A stretch of 64,000 nt of DNA. It comes from an uncultured Ruminococcus sp. (GTDB taxonomy: Bacteria; Bacillota; Clostridia; Oscillospirales; Ruminococcaceae). Shown here piece by piece: positions 1 to 9,859 of the stretch. The stretch spans positions 26,086 to 90,085 of the forward strand of contig CAMMYU010000179.1 in the NCBI GenBank assembly GCA_946528545.1, written 5' to 3'. The translations under genes were made by a program, and so were the position numbers. The notes below the pieces were generated by a model. The model had not been told where the DNA came from, searched no databases, and saw nothing but the letters and a program-made list of their open reading frames with translations. Each line of letters opens with the position of its first letter. The first letter of the stretch is position 1.

Positions 1-2117
1 TTTATATACTGCTTTGCCTCATTGACCGATACACCTATATCCTTTGAGAGCGAGAACGCACCTATGCCGTAAATTATACCGAAGTTTACCGCCTTTGCGG
101 CACTTCTCATTTCAGGCTGAACGAAGTCCTCGGGAATGTCGAATACCGATGCCGCAGTAGATGTGTGAATATCCTTGCCTGAAAGGAAGGCTTCCTGCAT
201 ATTTTCGTCACCGCAGACGCTTGCAAGAACTCTCAGCTCGATCTGGCTGTAGTCGGCATCAACGAGGGTGTAGCCGTCTTCGGAGATAAAAAACTTACGC
301 ATATTTCTGCCTATTTCTTTTCTGACGGGTATATTCTGCATATTGGGCTCTGTAGAGGATATACGTCCGGTGCGTGTTTCGGTCTGCTTGAAAACAGAGT
401 GAACTCTGCCGTCCTCACCGATAAGCTTCAAAAGCCCGTCTACATAGGTTGAATTAAGCTTTGTAAGCGTTCTGTACTCCAGTATCAGAGGGATTATCGG
501 GTGCTTGTCGATAAGGCTTTCAAGCACCTCTGCATTAGTGGAGTAGCCCGACTTTGTTTTCTTCTTTACAGGCAGTCCAAGTTCTTCAAATAGGATAACT
601 CCCAGCTGCTTTGTCGATGCGATATTAAATTCTTTCCCTGCATAGTCATATATCTCACGGGTGAGCTCATCTATCTTGATTTTAAGGTCATCGCCGAATT
701 TCCTGATACCCTCGGCATCAGCCCTGACACCGTAATGCTCCATTGAAGCCAGCACCTCGCACAGAGGAAGCTCAATCTCTTCATAGAGTTTTTTCATATC
801 GGTCAGTTCGAGCTCCTTTTCAAGTCTCTCACAGAGAGCAGGCAGGCTTGCAAGGTCAGAGAAGTCTCCCATATCGGAGCGATACATACATCTGTATGCG
901 GAGCAAAGATTTTCGGCAGTATACTCACTTGACTGCGAATTGAGCAGATAGCCTGCAAGGTCGCAGACAAAGCGGAGGTTTTTAAGCTCTGACCCGTTAT
1001 CAAAAGCGTACTTGTGAACGCTCTTTGCTTCAAAGCAGGATTTCGGCGCAGCTGATGAAAGGAACGAAAGGATAAGACCCTTGTCCTCGGCAGTGTATAT
1101 CTTTTCTCCTTTCAGCACCGCAAGCTTTCCGCCCGCAAGCTCAAAACAGCAAGGCTCATCGGTTATGTCATCGGCTGTAAGCTCAGTAACTTCTATCTTC
1201 GGCATATCGGAGAGCTTCAGCTTCTTTTCCTCAACATCTCCCGAGGGTACAGGCACTCCGCCTGCAAGACCCAGCCTCTCACGCATTTTGAGCATTTCAA
1301 GGTCACTTAAAAGCTGTGAAGCCTTAGCTTCATTCTTCTCAGCCGACATATAGTAGTCAAGGTCGGTATTTATGGGGGCTTCAAGGCTTATTTCAGCAAG
1401 GAAACGGCTGTCGTAGGCAGCAGCCTTGCCGTTTTCAATTTTTGTTCTCACCGAGGGTGTAAGCTTTATATCTGCAAGCTTTTCATACAGACCGTCAACG
1501 CTTCCGCACTCCTGAATGAGAGCAAGGGCTGTCTTCTCGCCTATGCCCTTGATACCGCTGATATTGTCCGAGGTATCTCCCATAAGAGCCTTGACCTCTA
1601 TCATCTGGCGGGGTGATACTCCATACTCGGTTTTAATGCGCTCGGGAGTGTATACCTTTGTTTCCTTAGTGCCTGCAAGCCTGACCGTTACTTTATCTGT
1701 CACAAGCTGAAAGCTGTCACGGTCTCCCGTTAGGATAATGCACTCGTTTCCCGATAGCTCAGCCGCATGAGAAAGCGTGCCGATTATATCGTCAGCCTCA
1801 TAGCCCTCGCACTCTATCCGCCTTACTCCGAGGTATTCCAAAAGCTCCTTGATAACAGGCATCTGCTGAGCAAGCTCCTCGGGCATACCCTTGCGGTTTG
1901 CCTTGTAGGAAGCGTTCGCCTTGTGGCGGAAGGTCGGCGCTTTAAGGTCGAATGCAACCGCAGTGCAGTCGGGCTTTACTTCCGAGAGCTCCTTCAGCCA
2001 TATATTCAGAAAGCCTGTCAGTGCATTTGTAAACTGTCCCTTTGAATTTGACAGAGCCTTTATTCCGTAAAAGGCACGGTTCATTATGCTGTTTCCGTCT
2101 ATTACAAGTATTTTCAT
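1..2117 (-). CDS. polA: DNA polymerase I (3' end runs off the window)
   Basis: Manual translation from ATG 2117 gives MKILVIDGNSIMNRAFYGIKALSNSKGQFTNA (5'-3' exonuclease start); also GDTSDNI and polymerase motif A DADYSQIELRVLA; GGAGG RBS at 2124-2128. Absent from the ORF track because it is truncated. Confidence 0.97.
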   Translation of the reverse strand, partial: MKILVIDGNSIMNRAFYGIKALSNSKGQFTNALTGFLNIWLKELSEVKPDCTAVAFDLKAPTFRHKANASYKANRKGMPEELAQQMPVIKELLEYLGVRRIECEGYEADDIIGTLSHAAELSGNECIILTGDRDSFQLVTDKVTVRLAGTKETKVYTPERIKTEYGVSPRQMIEVKALMGDTSDNISGIKGIGEKTALALIQECGSVDGLYEKLADIKLTPSVRTKIENGKAAAYDSRFLAEISLEAPINTDLDYYMSAEKNEAKASQLLSDLEMLKMRERLGLAGGVPVPSGDVEEKKLKLSDMPKIEVTELTADDITDEPCCFELAGGKLAVLKGEKIYTAEDKGLILSFLSSAAPKSCFEAKSVHKYAFDNGSELKNLRFVCDLAGYLLNSQSSEYTAENLCSAYRCMYRSDMGDFSDLASLPALCERLEKELELTDMKKLYEEIELPLCEVLASMEHYGVRADAEGIRKFGDDLKIKIDELTREIYDYAGKEFNIASTKQLGVILFEELGLPVKKKTKSGYSTNAEVLESLIDKHPIIPLILEYRTLTKLNSTYVDGLLKLIGEDGRVHSVFKQTETRTGRISSTEPNMQNIPVRKEIGRNMRKFFISEDGYTLVDADYSQIELRVLASVCGDENMQEAFLSGKDIHTSTAASVFDIPEDFVQPEMRSAAKAVNFGIIYGIGAFSLSKDIGVSVNEAKQYI

Positions 2118-2240
2118 TTAGTACCTCCTCTGTGCTTTTAAAATGCCCTGCTGACACAGCTCTTAAACAATAAGCGGCTGTATTCAAGGCAGCTTATCGG
2201 GGGATGCCCCTTTTTTCAAGAGGTTATCCCCCGATACAAA

Positions 2241-5216
2241 TTAATCTTCACCGAGTTTAAGTGCCTGACTGATCTTGATCTTCTTTATCAGTCTGCCGAG
2301 AATTACGAATGCCGACAAAAGCATTGCTCCGATTATAATATAAAGCTTGATATAATCTCCTCTGTCGGGGAGAACAACAAATTCGGGCACTGACTTAGCT
2401 GCATCAAATATGCTCTGGAACAGCGGAACAAACAGGTCGCTCGTAACTCCGCCTATGAACATTGCCGTAAATATCGCAACTCCTGATACAAGCACCTGCT
2501 CATAAACTATCATTGCGATTATCTCTCTGAACTTCATACCCATAGCCCTAAGTATTCCGAACTGCAGCGTTCTGCTCTTGATAGAGAGTATCCAGTAAAT
2601 CAGAAAACCGATAATGCACATTATCATAATAATGATAAAGCCGAGAGTAAGTGCTCCGTTCATGCCCTGAAGCATAGGGTCATTCTTCTTCTCAATTATC
2701 TGCTGGCTTCTTGCCTGAATGTCGGTAAGCTCTATCTTAGCATCATCAACCGACTTGTAGAAATCATTGATAGAGGCGTCATCCTCAAGCTTAAACCACA
2801 CCTGATAGGGCTCAACGTTCGTAACTACCCTGACATAGTCAAAGTTCATTATCGCAAAGTCCATGTAGCTGCCGTCTTTGGTGGTCTTGTACGGGCTGAG
2901 CCCCGGCCAGTAATCCACAAAGGCGAGGACAGTAACATCAAAGTCATCATTACCGCCCCATGTGCAGGTAACTGTATCTCCGAGCGAAAGCCCGTAATCC
3001 TTAAAGCTTGACGAGAGGATAACTCCCGGGGTGTACTCAGCGAGAGCATTCAGGTAGTTGTTTATCTGAACGGGCAGAAGCCTGTCCTCAAAGCGTATTA
3101 CCTCGGAGAACTCATGCGGAACGACCGTCATAAGCTGTACCTTACTGCTTGTGTTGCCGGTCTTTGTCTTTTCAAGGTCCTGATCGAGATAATAGTCACG
3201 GGAGCGTTTGTTATCATTATCCTCATCGGAAGCCTTGGTTGTAACGTTCATTTTCGATGAGGTGATCTTAACTCCGTCTTTTCGGAACACTCTTGCAGTT
3301 TTCTCAACTCCTGCGAGCTTTTCAAATCTTTCAAATGCAGGCTCAACGTATGAGATGACAGTTTCAGTGTCTTCCTCCTCTTCCTCCTCCTGAGCAGGTG
3401 CTTGCGCCATCTGTGCCGCACCTGTCGGAGATACGCTCTGCTGAGCCTGTTCTATCTTGCTGCTGTACCACTCCTCCTGAAGGATAGCATCACAGCCTGT
3501 TGCATAGGTGACAGTCTCCTCGGCGTTGCGGTTGAGGGCTCTTGCGGTGTTTGCGAAGTAAACTCCGAGCGACACCGTCAGCACCAGAAACAGCATAAGA
3601 AAGCGTTCTCTTCCTGTAGCCGAACGGCCTATATTTGTGAGCGAAACATACTGCGCAGGGCTCCATACACGCTTGCCGAGCCTTGCAATTATCCTGATAA
3701 CATAGGGGTAAATTCTTATAAGGAAAAGACCCAGACCGAGTATAAACGCAGTTGAGGCCACAAACATCAGCGGATTGACCGTTGCGGTAGTGTCTGTTAC
3801 GCCCTGCTTTATAAGGGTCTCCTGAGTTTTGTTATGGTAGTAGAGCCAGCCTGCCGATCCGCCCACCAGTATAAAGTCAAGGCAGACCTTTTCCCAGAGT
3901 GCGTGCTTTTTCTTCTTGGATTTTGACTGCTTGTGCTCAACAATAGTTGTCTTTGTGGCAGGAAAAATCGGAAGCATTGTAGTCACGAAGAACACAGCCA
4001 CCGCAATTGCCGCATAGACAAATGCCTGCACTGTCAGGTGAACGGGGAGAGACTTTCTGTTTACGAACTCTAAAAATCCGTTTGAAGCACCCAGTATTCT
4101 GCAAAGCCCCAGTCCTGCGAACGGTCCTATCACGGCTGTGATAACACCCAGCACCAGCGACTCCATAGCGTAGATACCCATTACCTGAGTACGGCTTGCA
4201 CCTCTGCTCTTGAATACGGCTATCTCGTTTCTCTCCTGCTCGACATTCAGCTGTGATACCATAAACAGATAGAAAATAATCATCAGTATCACAGGTATCT
4301 GCAAAAGCCACAGCACCAGCTGCAGCTGGTCTGCACGCTTGGAGTAATCCTCAAGTATCTCGGTTGCAGGAACGCTGAAGCCGATAGAGTTTTCCTTGAA
4401 GTAATTCTTATGGGCTTTAAGCTTCTCAAGTGTGCTGTCGATCTCATTCATGTCCATTGCGGAGTAGTCGATAGCAAAGTTATGAGAGGCATCATTTATG
4501 TTCATAACGCCTGTGTCTATGCCCTTGTCATACAGGGTGTCATAGTCCATGAACACATAGGCTGTGTACTCGGAATCAAGGCCCTCAGCCCAATATATGT
4601 CGTTCGGGTCTTTTACATCAAAGGTGCCGACTATCTCTATCTTAGCAGAGCCTGCCTCCTCATGGAACACATCTCCGACCTCATAGACAGAGCCTACTGC
4701 AAGCTCGGTAGTTTTGAGCGACTTCTCAGTTGCGATGCACTCAAACACACCGTCATCACGCTGACCTGCCTCTGCCATTCTGCCCTGCTTTATAGAGATA
4801 TGGTCAGCGATACTGCTCATACCTGCGATAGTAAACCTAGCCTGAGGATTGCCTGCCGTTACCTCCATAGACTTAACATACATATACTCGCCCGAGATCA
4901 CCTTTTTCTCGGCAGAGCTGTCAAGCCCGAGCTCTGAGAACTTCTTTTCAGCCTTTTCATTGTAGCTGTCGATTATCTCCTTCTGGGCAGAGGGTGTAAT
5001 ATCCATTTTGAGCCTGTAGCTCGTGTTGTAAGCGCCCGGATATATCTCGTACTCCTTCTGGAACGATTCCATATCCTTTACAAGCATTCTCTGCAGTGAC
5101 GCATTCATATATATCGGCACTGTACTCATCATAGCCGATGCCATTATAAAACCAATCAGAAGGCAGAACACCATCCATTTGGTGTTGCGCATCTTTCTGA
5201 ACAATAAAGTAAACAT
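2241..5216 (-). CDS. Large FtsX/MacB-family ABC transporter permease (two FtsX domains)
   Basis: 991 aa; ERNEIAVFKSRGAS and RTLQFGILRAMG FtsX signatures; multiple TM segments and two large extracellular domains. Confidence 0.9.
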   Translation of the reverse strand: MFTLLFRKMRNTKWMVFCLLIGFIMASAMMSTVPIYMNASLQRMLVKDMESFQKEYEIYPGAYNTSYRLKMDITPSAQKEIIDSYNEKAEKKFSELGLDSSAEKKVISGEYMYVKSMEVTAGNPQARFTIAGMSSIADHISIKQGRMAEAGQRDDGVFECIATEKSLKTTELAVGSVYEVGDVFHEEAGSAKIEIVGTFDVKDPNDIYWAEGLDSEYTAYVFMDYDTLYDKGIDTGVMNINDASHNFAIDYSAMDMNEIDSTLEKLKAHKNYFKENSIGFSVPATEILEDYSKRADQLQLVLWLLQIPVILMIIFYLFMVSQLNVEQERNEIAVFKSRGASRTQVMGIYAMESLVLGVITAVIGPFAGLGLCRILGASNGFLEFVNRKSLPVHLTVQAFVYAAIAVAVFFVTTMLPIFPATKTTIVEHKQSKSKKKKHALWEKVCLDFILVGGSAGWLYYHNKTQETLIKQGVTDTTATVNPLMFVASTAFILGLGLFLIRIYPYVIRIIARLGKRVWSPAQYVSLTNIGRSATGRERFLMLFLVLTVSLGVYFANTARALNRNAEETVTYATGCDAILQEEWYSSKIEQAQQSVSPTGAAQMAQAPAQEEEEEEDTETVISYVEPAFERFEKLAGVEKTARVFRKDGVKITSSKMNVTTKASDEDNDNKRSRDYYLDQDLEKTKTGNTSSKVQLMTVVPHEFSEVIRFEDRLLPVQINNYLNALAEYTPGVILSSSFKDYGLSLGDTVTCTWGGNDDFDVTVLAFVDYWPGLSPYKTTKDGSYMDFAIMNFDYVRVVTNVEPYQVWFKLEDDASINDFYKSVDDAKIELTDIQARSQQIIEKKNDPMLQGMNGALTLGFIIIMIMCIIGFLIYWILSIKSRTLQFGILRAMGMKFREIIAMIVYEQVLVSGVAIFTAMFIGGVTSDLFVPLFQSIFDAAKSVPEFVVLPDRGDYIKLYIIIGAMLLSAFVILGRLIKKIKISQALKLGED

Positions 5217-5234
5217 GGAAAGTCCTTTCGCTCG

Positions 5235-6287
5235 TTATCTGATGATTATCTCGTCGCCCTCACTGAGCCCCGATACTATTTCGCTCTGTGAGCCTGTAGA
5301 AAGTCCTACCTCAACGGGAACTGCAGTTTTTTCACCGTCTTTGAGGACATAAACCACCTGTTCACCGTCAACCTTCTTAATAAGGTTGTTCGAGATAACT
5401 ATAGCGTCCTGAACGCTCTCAAGAACGAGCACCGTATCAGCAAGCTGTCCGACCGCATCGGCAGGCGGAGTGTCCTTAAAGCGGACGTAAACTGTCTCGG
5501 CTTCGTAGGCTATGCCTGTCTCATCGACTGCATTGTGGTCATCCTTCTGCTCTGCCTGATACTCAACGAGCGCCTCAGGGGTCATAAACACAACACCGTC
5601 ATAGTAGTCATCATTTATCCTTATCTGGAGCTCCATATCCATTTTGAACTGTGAAAGCTCCGAGGGCTTGATAGCTATGTACAGAGCGCTCGTATCAATA
5701 ACGGTTGCTACCACCTGACCCGAGCTTACATTGTCGCCTGCTCTTATGTCGGAAATGCTTGAAACTATTCCGTCTATCGGAGAGACAAGCTCCGAGCCTT
5801 CCTTCTGAGCCTGAAGCTTTGCAAGCTCCTTTTCGACGAGCTGCTGGTCAACGTAGGCAGAATCTATCTGAGCCTGAGTTCCGCCGCCCTCATATATCAT
5901 CTGAACATTCAGCTTGGCTTTCTCAACATACAGCTCCTTCTGTTCTATCTGGAAGTCAAGGTCTGCTGTGTCAAGGTCGCAGATAACGTCGCCCTCGCTG
6001 ACTTCATCGCCTGCACGGACGTAGAACTTTGAGATAACACCGCTTTGCTTCTCATACGAAAGCGGGTACTGCCTTTCAGCCGTGACAGTTCCTGTTGTGA
6101 CGATCTTTTTCTCAAGGTCTCTTTTCTTGGCGGTGACAGTTGTATAGCTTACATCACTTGCCTTGACCTCGGGTGCTTCGAGTATCTCCTCCTCATCGGG
6201 CAGCAGATAGCAGCCTGAAGCGCATATTCCTACAGCAGCACAGAGAGCGCCTGCTGATATTCTTTTCAGTAATCCTTTTATGTCCAT
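5235..6287 (-). CDS. Membrane-fusion (RND/MacA-like periplasmic adaptor) lipoprotein
   Basis: Lipobox ASGC, lipoyl halves (V.AGDEV.EGDVI; SPIDGIV), coiled coil, C-terminal EIVSGLSEGDEII. Confidence 0.88.
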   Translation of the reverse strand: MDIKGLLKRISAGALCAAVGICASGCYLLPDEEEILEAPEVKASDVSYTTVTAKKRDLEKKIVTTGTVTAERQYPLSYEKQSGVISKFYVRAGDEVSEGDVICDLDTADLDFQIEQKELYVEKAKLNVQMIYEGGGTQAQIDSAYVDQQLVEKELAKLQAQKEGSELVSPIDGIVSSISDIRAGDNVSSGQVVATVIDTSALYIAIKPSELSQFKMDMELQIRINDDYYDGVVFMTPEALVEYQAEQKDDHNAVDETGIAYEAETVYVRFKDTPPADAVGQLADTVLVLESVQDAIVISNNLIKKVDGEQVVYVLKDGEKTAVPVEVGLSTGSQSEIVSGLSEGDEIIIR

Positions 6288-6437
6288 AGTGAGCGATCCT
6301 TTCGCATGGGTCGAAAATTCTCCTCAGGGAAGCGCCCCGAGTGTGCTGATAATATATCACTTTATTATACCAAATTTCCAACTTTTTTTCTATAGCATAT
6401 CAGCCAAAATTACAGACATTTTTCTGTAGGAACTGCC

Positions 6438-6466
6438 AAAAAAGAGCTCCGCCGAAGCAGAGCTCT
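6438..6466 (-). terminator. Intrinsic terminator after the M15 peptidase gene
   Basis: GAGCT stem-loop followed by a T run on the minus strand. Confidence 0.65.
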
Positions 6467-6474
6467 CAAAAACA

Positions 6475-7977
6475 TCAGTAATTATACTGTGAGGTAATGC
6501 CAAGATATTCTTCTAAGCAAAGGCCGCTGTCATAGACCTTCTTGGCTAAGTCCTTGCCGAGGTACCTTACGTGCCATGACTCATACTTGTAGCCCGTGAT
6601 GTTCTGCTTGCCCTGCGGATAGCGGATAATGAAGCCGTATTTCCAGCAGTTATTTGCTATCCAGCGAGCTTCTCGTGTGTTGTCAAACCAGCTGCTTGCG
6701 TAGTTAAGGTCCATTGCAAGACCTGTCTGATGCTCACTGTGGCCTGCCCTTGCAGAATAGGTATCAGCGGCAGCCTTGCCGTCACGGTTCACATAGCTCT
6801 GGTAGAGCCACCTCTGCGTGTCATACGAACGGAAGCCCGAGCATATCCAAAGGCTTATACCGTCTCTTGAAGCGGCATTTCTCATCTCAGTGAACGCATT
6901 ATAGGTCTCCGAGGTCAATCCGCCCGGGTTATATGAAGCAGGCAGAGCATAAGTCTTGTTGGCAATGAGTATGCCGTTTACATAGGTAACACCGTTTTTA
7001 GTGGTGATAGTGTTCTTAGCAGTCTTTACCTGAACTATATTCGACAGCCAGCCCAGATGCTCCTTGTTGTAGTCATCAAGCTTGCAGGCACGGATAACGA
7101 ACTTATAAGCCGTGTTATTGTCAAGACCTGTCACCGTATAGGAGTTTGCGGTCGGCTTTGCTATTCTGACCCACTTGCCGTTTTTCATCTGATAAACTAT
7201 GTACTGCGAGCAGGAGGTTCTGTTCCAGCTGAGCGTTATCGAATTGTAGGTCGATTTCGACGCTTTCAGTCCCGAGACCGTTGCAGGGCAGGTGGCTGTT
7301 TTAAGCTGGTCGGAAGCAGGACCGTAAACGTATCTGCCGTCAGAGGTTTTATAGTAAGCCTTAACAATAAAGTGCCTTCTGTAAGAGGGCGGCTGACCCG
7401 TAACTGTGCAGGTAGTGCCTGCGGTCTTTGCGACCTCTCTGTAGCCCTCGGTATACTTGAGGAAAACTCCATATCCGTCAGCATACTTGACAGGGCTCCA
7501 GTTCAGCTTTACGGAGGTGTCTTTGGTCTCGGCCGCTTTCAGACCTGTTACCTTTGAAAGCTCAGGTGTAAACTCGCAGACGATCTCAGTGGTTTCGCCG
7601 TAGAAGTACTTGCCTTTATTGTCACAGCCGAACGGTGTTATGGAAAACCTTGAAACATCAGGTGCAACATTAGTGTATGCAGTACTGTATTTTCTTACGA
7701 TCTGTTTTTTCTTTGTCCACTTGCCGCCGCTGTACATCATAACATTACAGCCGAGGTAGTCTCCCTGATCCCATTTCAGAGTGACTGTATTGCCCGAGCG
7801 TTCCGCCCTGAACCCTGTCACCGCAGAAAGCTCAGTGCTGTCAGCGCTTGCATAAATCACAGCCGACTGCGTATTCTGTTCCCGAGCACCAAGCCAGGCA
7901 CCCGAGCACATAAGCAGACTCACAGCCATAGCAGACACAGCCAACATTTTCAGCGGTGTTTTTATCATACCTTTCAT
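6475..7977 (-). CDS. Secreted FN3-repeat M15B family (VanY/LdcB-like) carboxypeptidase
   Basis: Signal peptide, FN3 repeats, C-terminal SGFRS, SEHQTGLAMD and ESWH motifs. Confidence 0.9.
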   Translation of the reverse strand: MKGMIKTPLKMLAVSAMAVSLLMCSGAWLGAREQNTQSAVIYASADSTELSAVTGFRAERSGNTVTLKWDQGDYLGCNVMMYSGGKWTKKKQIVRKYSTAYTNVAPDVSRFSITPFGCDNKGKYFYGETTEIVCEFTPELSKVTGLKAAETKDTSVKLNWSPVKYADGYGVFLKYTEGYREVAKTAGTTCTVTGQPPSYRRHFIVKAYYKTSDGRYVYGPASDQLKTATCPATVSGLKASKSTYNSITLSWNRTSCSQYIVYQMKNGKWVRIAKPTANSYTVTGLDNNTAYKFVIRACKLDDYNKEHLGWLSNIVQVKTAKNTITTKNGVTYVNGILIANKTYALPASYNPGGLTSETYNAFTEMRNAASRDGISLWICSGFRSYDTQRWLYQSYVNRDGKAAADTYSARAGHSEHQTGLAMDLNYASSWFDNTREARWIANNCWKYGFIIRYPQGKQNITGYKYESWHVRYLGKDLAKKVYDSGLCLEEYLGITSQYNY

Positions 7978-8084
7978 ATTATCACTCCTCTCAGAGCTTG
8001 TCCGTACATCTATACATATATATTATAGCATAAACAGGGCGTTTTGTAAAGTCATTATTTGTACTTTTTAACGACAGCAAGCAA

Positions 8085-8119
8085 CAAAAGACCACTCCGA
8101 AACTACGGAGCGGTCTTTG
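8085..8119 (-). terminator. pckA terminator
   Basis: AAAGACC.CTCCG...CGGAG.GGTCTTT inverted repeat just past the stop codon. Confidence 0.7.
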
Positions 8120-8131
8120 CAGATGTAATTA

Positions 8132-9730
8132 TTAATCAGCCTTAGGGCCTGCCTCAACGATTGCCTTGTCCATATCAGGATACTTCTTAGCAAAGTTGTC
8201 CTGGAACATCTTAGCAAGCTTGTTAGCCTGTGCATCGTAAGCAGCCTTGTCAGCCCATGTATCACGAGGATTGAGGATCTCAGCAGGTACATCGGACTCA
8301 GGAATTGCCTGAGGGATCTCAAGGTTGAATCTGTCATCGTGAACGAACTGAACATTGTTCTTATCAAAAGCATCGTTCAGAGCTGCTGTTACCATAGCTC
8401 TTGTGAACTTCAGCTTCATTCTTGTACCAGTGCCGTAAGGACCACCTGTCCAGCCTGTGTTTACAAGGTAAACCTTGGTGTTGTACTTCTCGATCTTCTC
8501 ACCGAGCATCTCAGCATACTTCTCAGCAGGCAACGGCATGAAGGGCTCTCCGAACAGTGTAGAGAAAGTAGGTGTAGGCTCTGTGATACCGATCTCGGTA
8601 CCTGCTACCTTAGAGGTAAAGCCTGTAACAAACTGATACATAGCAGCTTCCTTTGTAAGACGGCTGATAGGAGGCAGAACGCCGAAGGAGTCAGCTGTCA
8701 GGAAGATGATAACGGTAGGGATACCGCCAACGCTCGGAACTGCTGCGTTAGGAATGTACTCGATAGGATAGCCTACTCTTGTGTTCTCAGCAAGGGTAGC
8801 ATCGTCATAGTCAGGCTTTCTGGTATCAGGGTCGATAACAACGTTCTCAACCAGTGAACCGAACTTGATAGCATTGTAGATCTCGGGCTCGCCCTCAGCG
8901 CTGAGGTTGATGCACTTAGCATAGCAGCCGCCCTCGATGTTGAATACGCCGTTCTCAGACCAGCCGTGCTCGTCATCACCGATGAGCAGTCTGTTAGGAT
9001 CAGCGGAAAGTGTTGTCTTACCTGTTCCGGAAAGACCGAAGAATACTGCTGTATCCTTAGTAACAGGGTCTGCATTTGAAGAGGAGTGCATAGGAAGAAC
9101 ACCCTCGAAAGGCAGATAGTAGTTCATTGTGGAGAATACAGTCTTCTTGATCTCGCCCGAGTAGCCCGAACCGCAGATAACTGCGCACTTGGTCTCGTAG
9201 TCAAGAAGGATAGCAGCCTCAGAACGTGTTCCGTCAACCTCGGGAACGCACTTGAAGCCGGGAGCAGCGATAATAGTGAAGAATGGATCACCGAAATCAG
9301 CAAGCTGCTCCTCAGTAGGTCTGATAAGCAGGTCTCTGATAAAGAGATTCTGGCTTGCGAGCTCATTTACAATTCTGAACTTCTTTGTGTACTTGGGGTC
9401 TGCACCTGCAAAGCCGTCGAACACATAGATGTCTCTGTTCTGGAGATAAGCGATAACCTTAGCCTTGATAGCCTCAAACTTCTCTCTTGTGATCGGGAAG
9501 TTTACATCTCCCCAGTTTACGTTCTTATGAGCCTCACCGTCATCAACGATGAACTTATCCTTAGCGGAACGGCCTGTATACTTACCTGTCTTTACAACAA
9601 GAGCGCCTGTGTCGCTGAGCTGTCCCTCGCCCTTGATGATAGCGTGCTCAGTCAGCACTGCGGGTGAAAGGTTGCGGTAAACAGCCTTAGGATTGGTGAT
9701 ACCGATTTTTTCGATTCCATAGGTTTCCAT
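8132..9730 (-). CDS. pckA: Phosphoenolpyruvate carboxykinase (ATP)
   Basis: TGKYTGRSAKDKF, GLSGTGKTTLS, LIGDDEHGW and NIEGGCYAK motifs. Confidence 0.98.
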   Translation of the reverse strand: METYGIEKIGITNPKAVYRNLSPAVLTEHAIIKGEGQLSDTGALVVKTGKYTGRSAKDKFIVDDGEAHKNVNWGDVNFPITREKFEAIKAKVIAYLQNRDIYVFDGFAGADPKYTKKFRIVNELASQNLFIRDLLIRPTEEQLADFGDPFFTIIAAPGFKCVPEVDGTRSEAAILLDYETKCAVICGSGYSGEIKKTVFSTMNYYLPFEGVLPMHSSSNADPVTKDTAVFFGLSGTGKTTLSADPNRLLIGDDEHGWSENGVFNIEGGCYAKCINLSAEGEPEIYNAIKFGSLVENVVIDPDTRKPDYDDATLAENTRVGYPIEYIPNAAVPSVGGIPTVIIFLTADSFGVLPPISRLTKEAAMYQFVTGFTSKVAGTEIGITEPTPTFSTLFGEPFMPLPAEKYAEMLGEKIEKYNTKVYLVNTGWTGGPYGTGTRMKLKFTRAMVTAALNDAFDKNNVQFVHDDRFNLEIPQAIPESDVPAEILNPRDTWADKAAYDAQANKLAKMFQDNFAKKYPDMDKAIVEAGPKAD

Positions 9731-9859
9731 TACGAATGTCCTCCTTAAAAAGATTTATGGATCGGAGTCTGCAAAATGCAAAACTCCCACAATATTATTA
9801 TAACAGACTTTAAGATAATGTCAATAGAGTTCAAAAAGTACAGTTAAAAAATTAACAAA

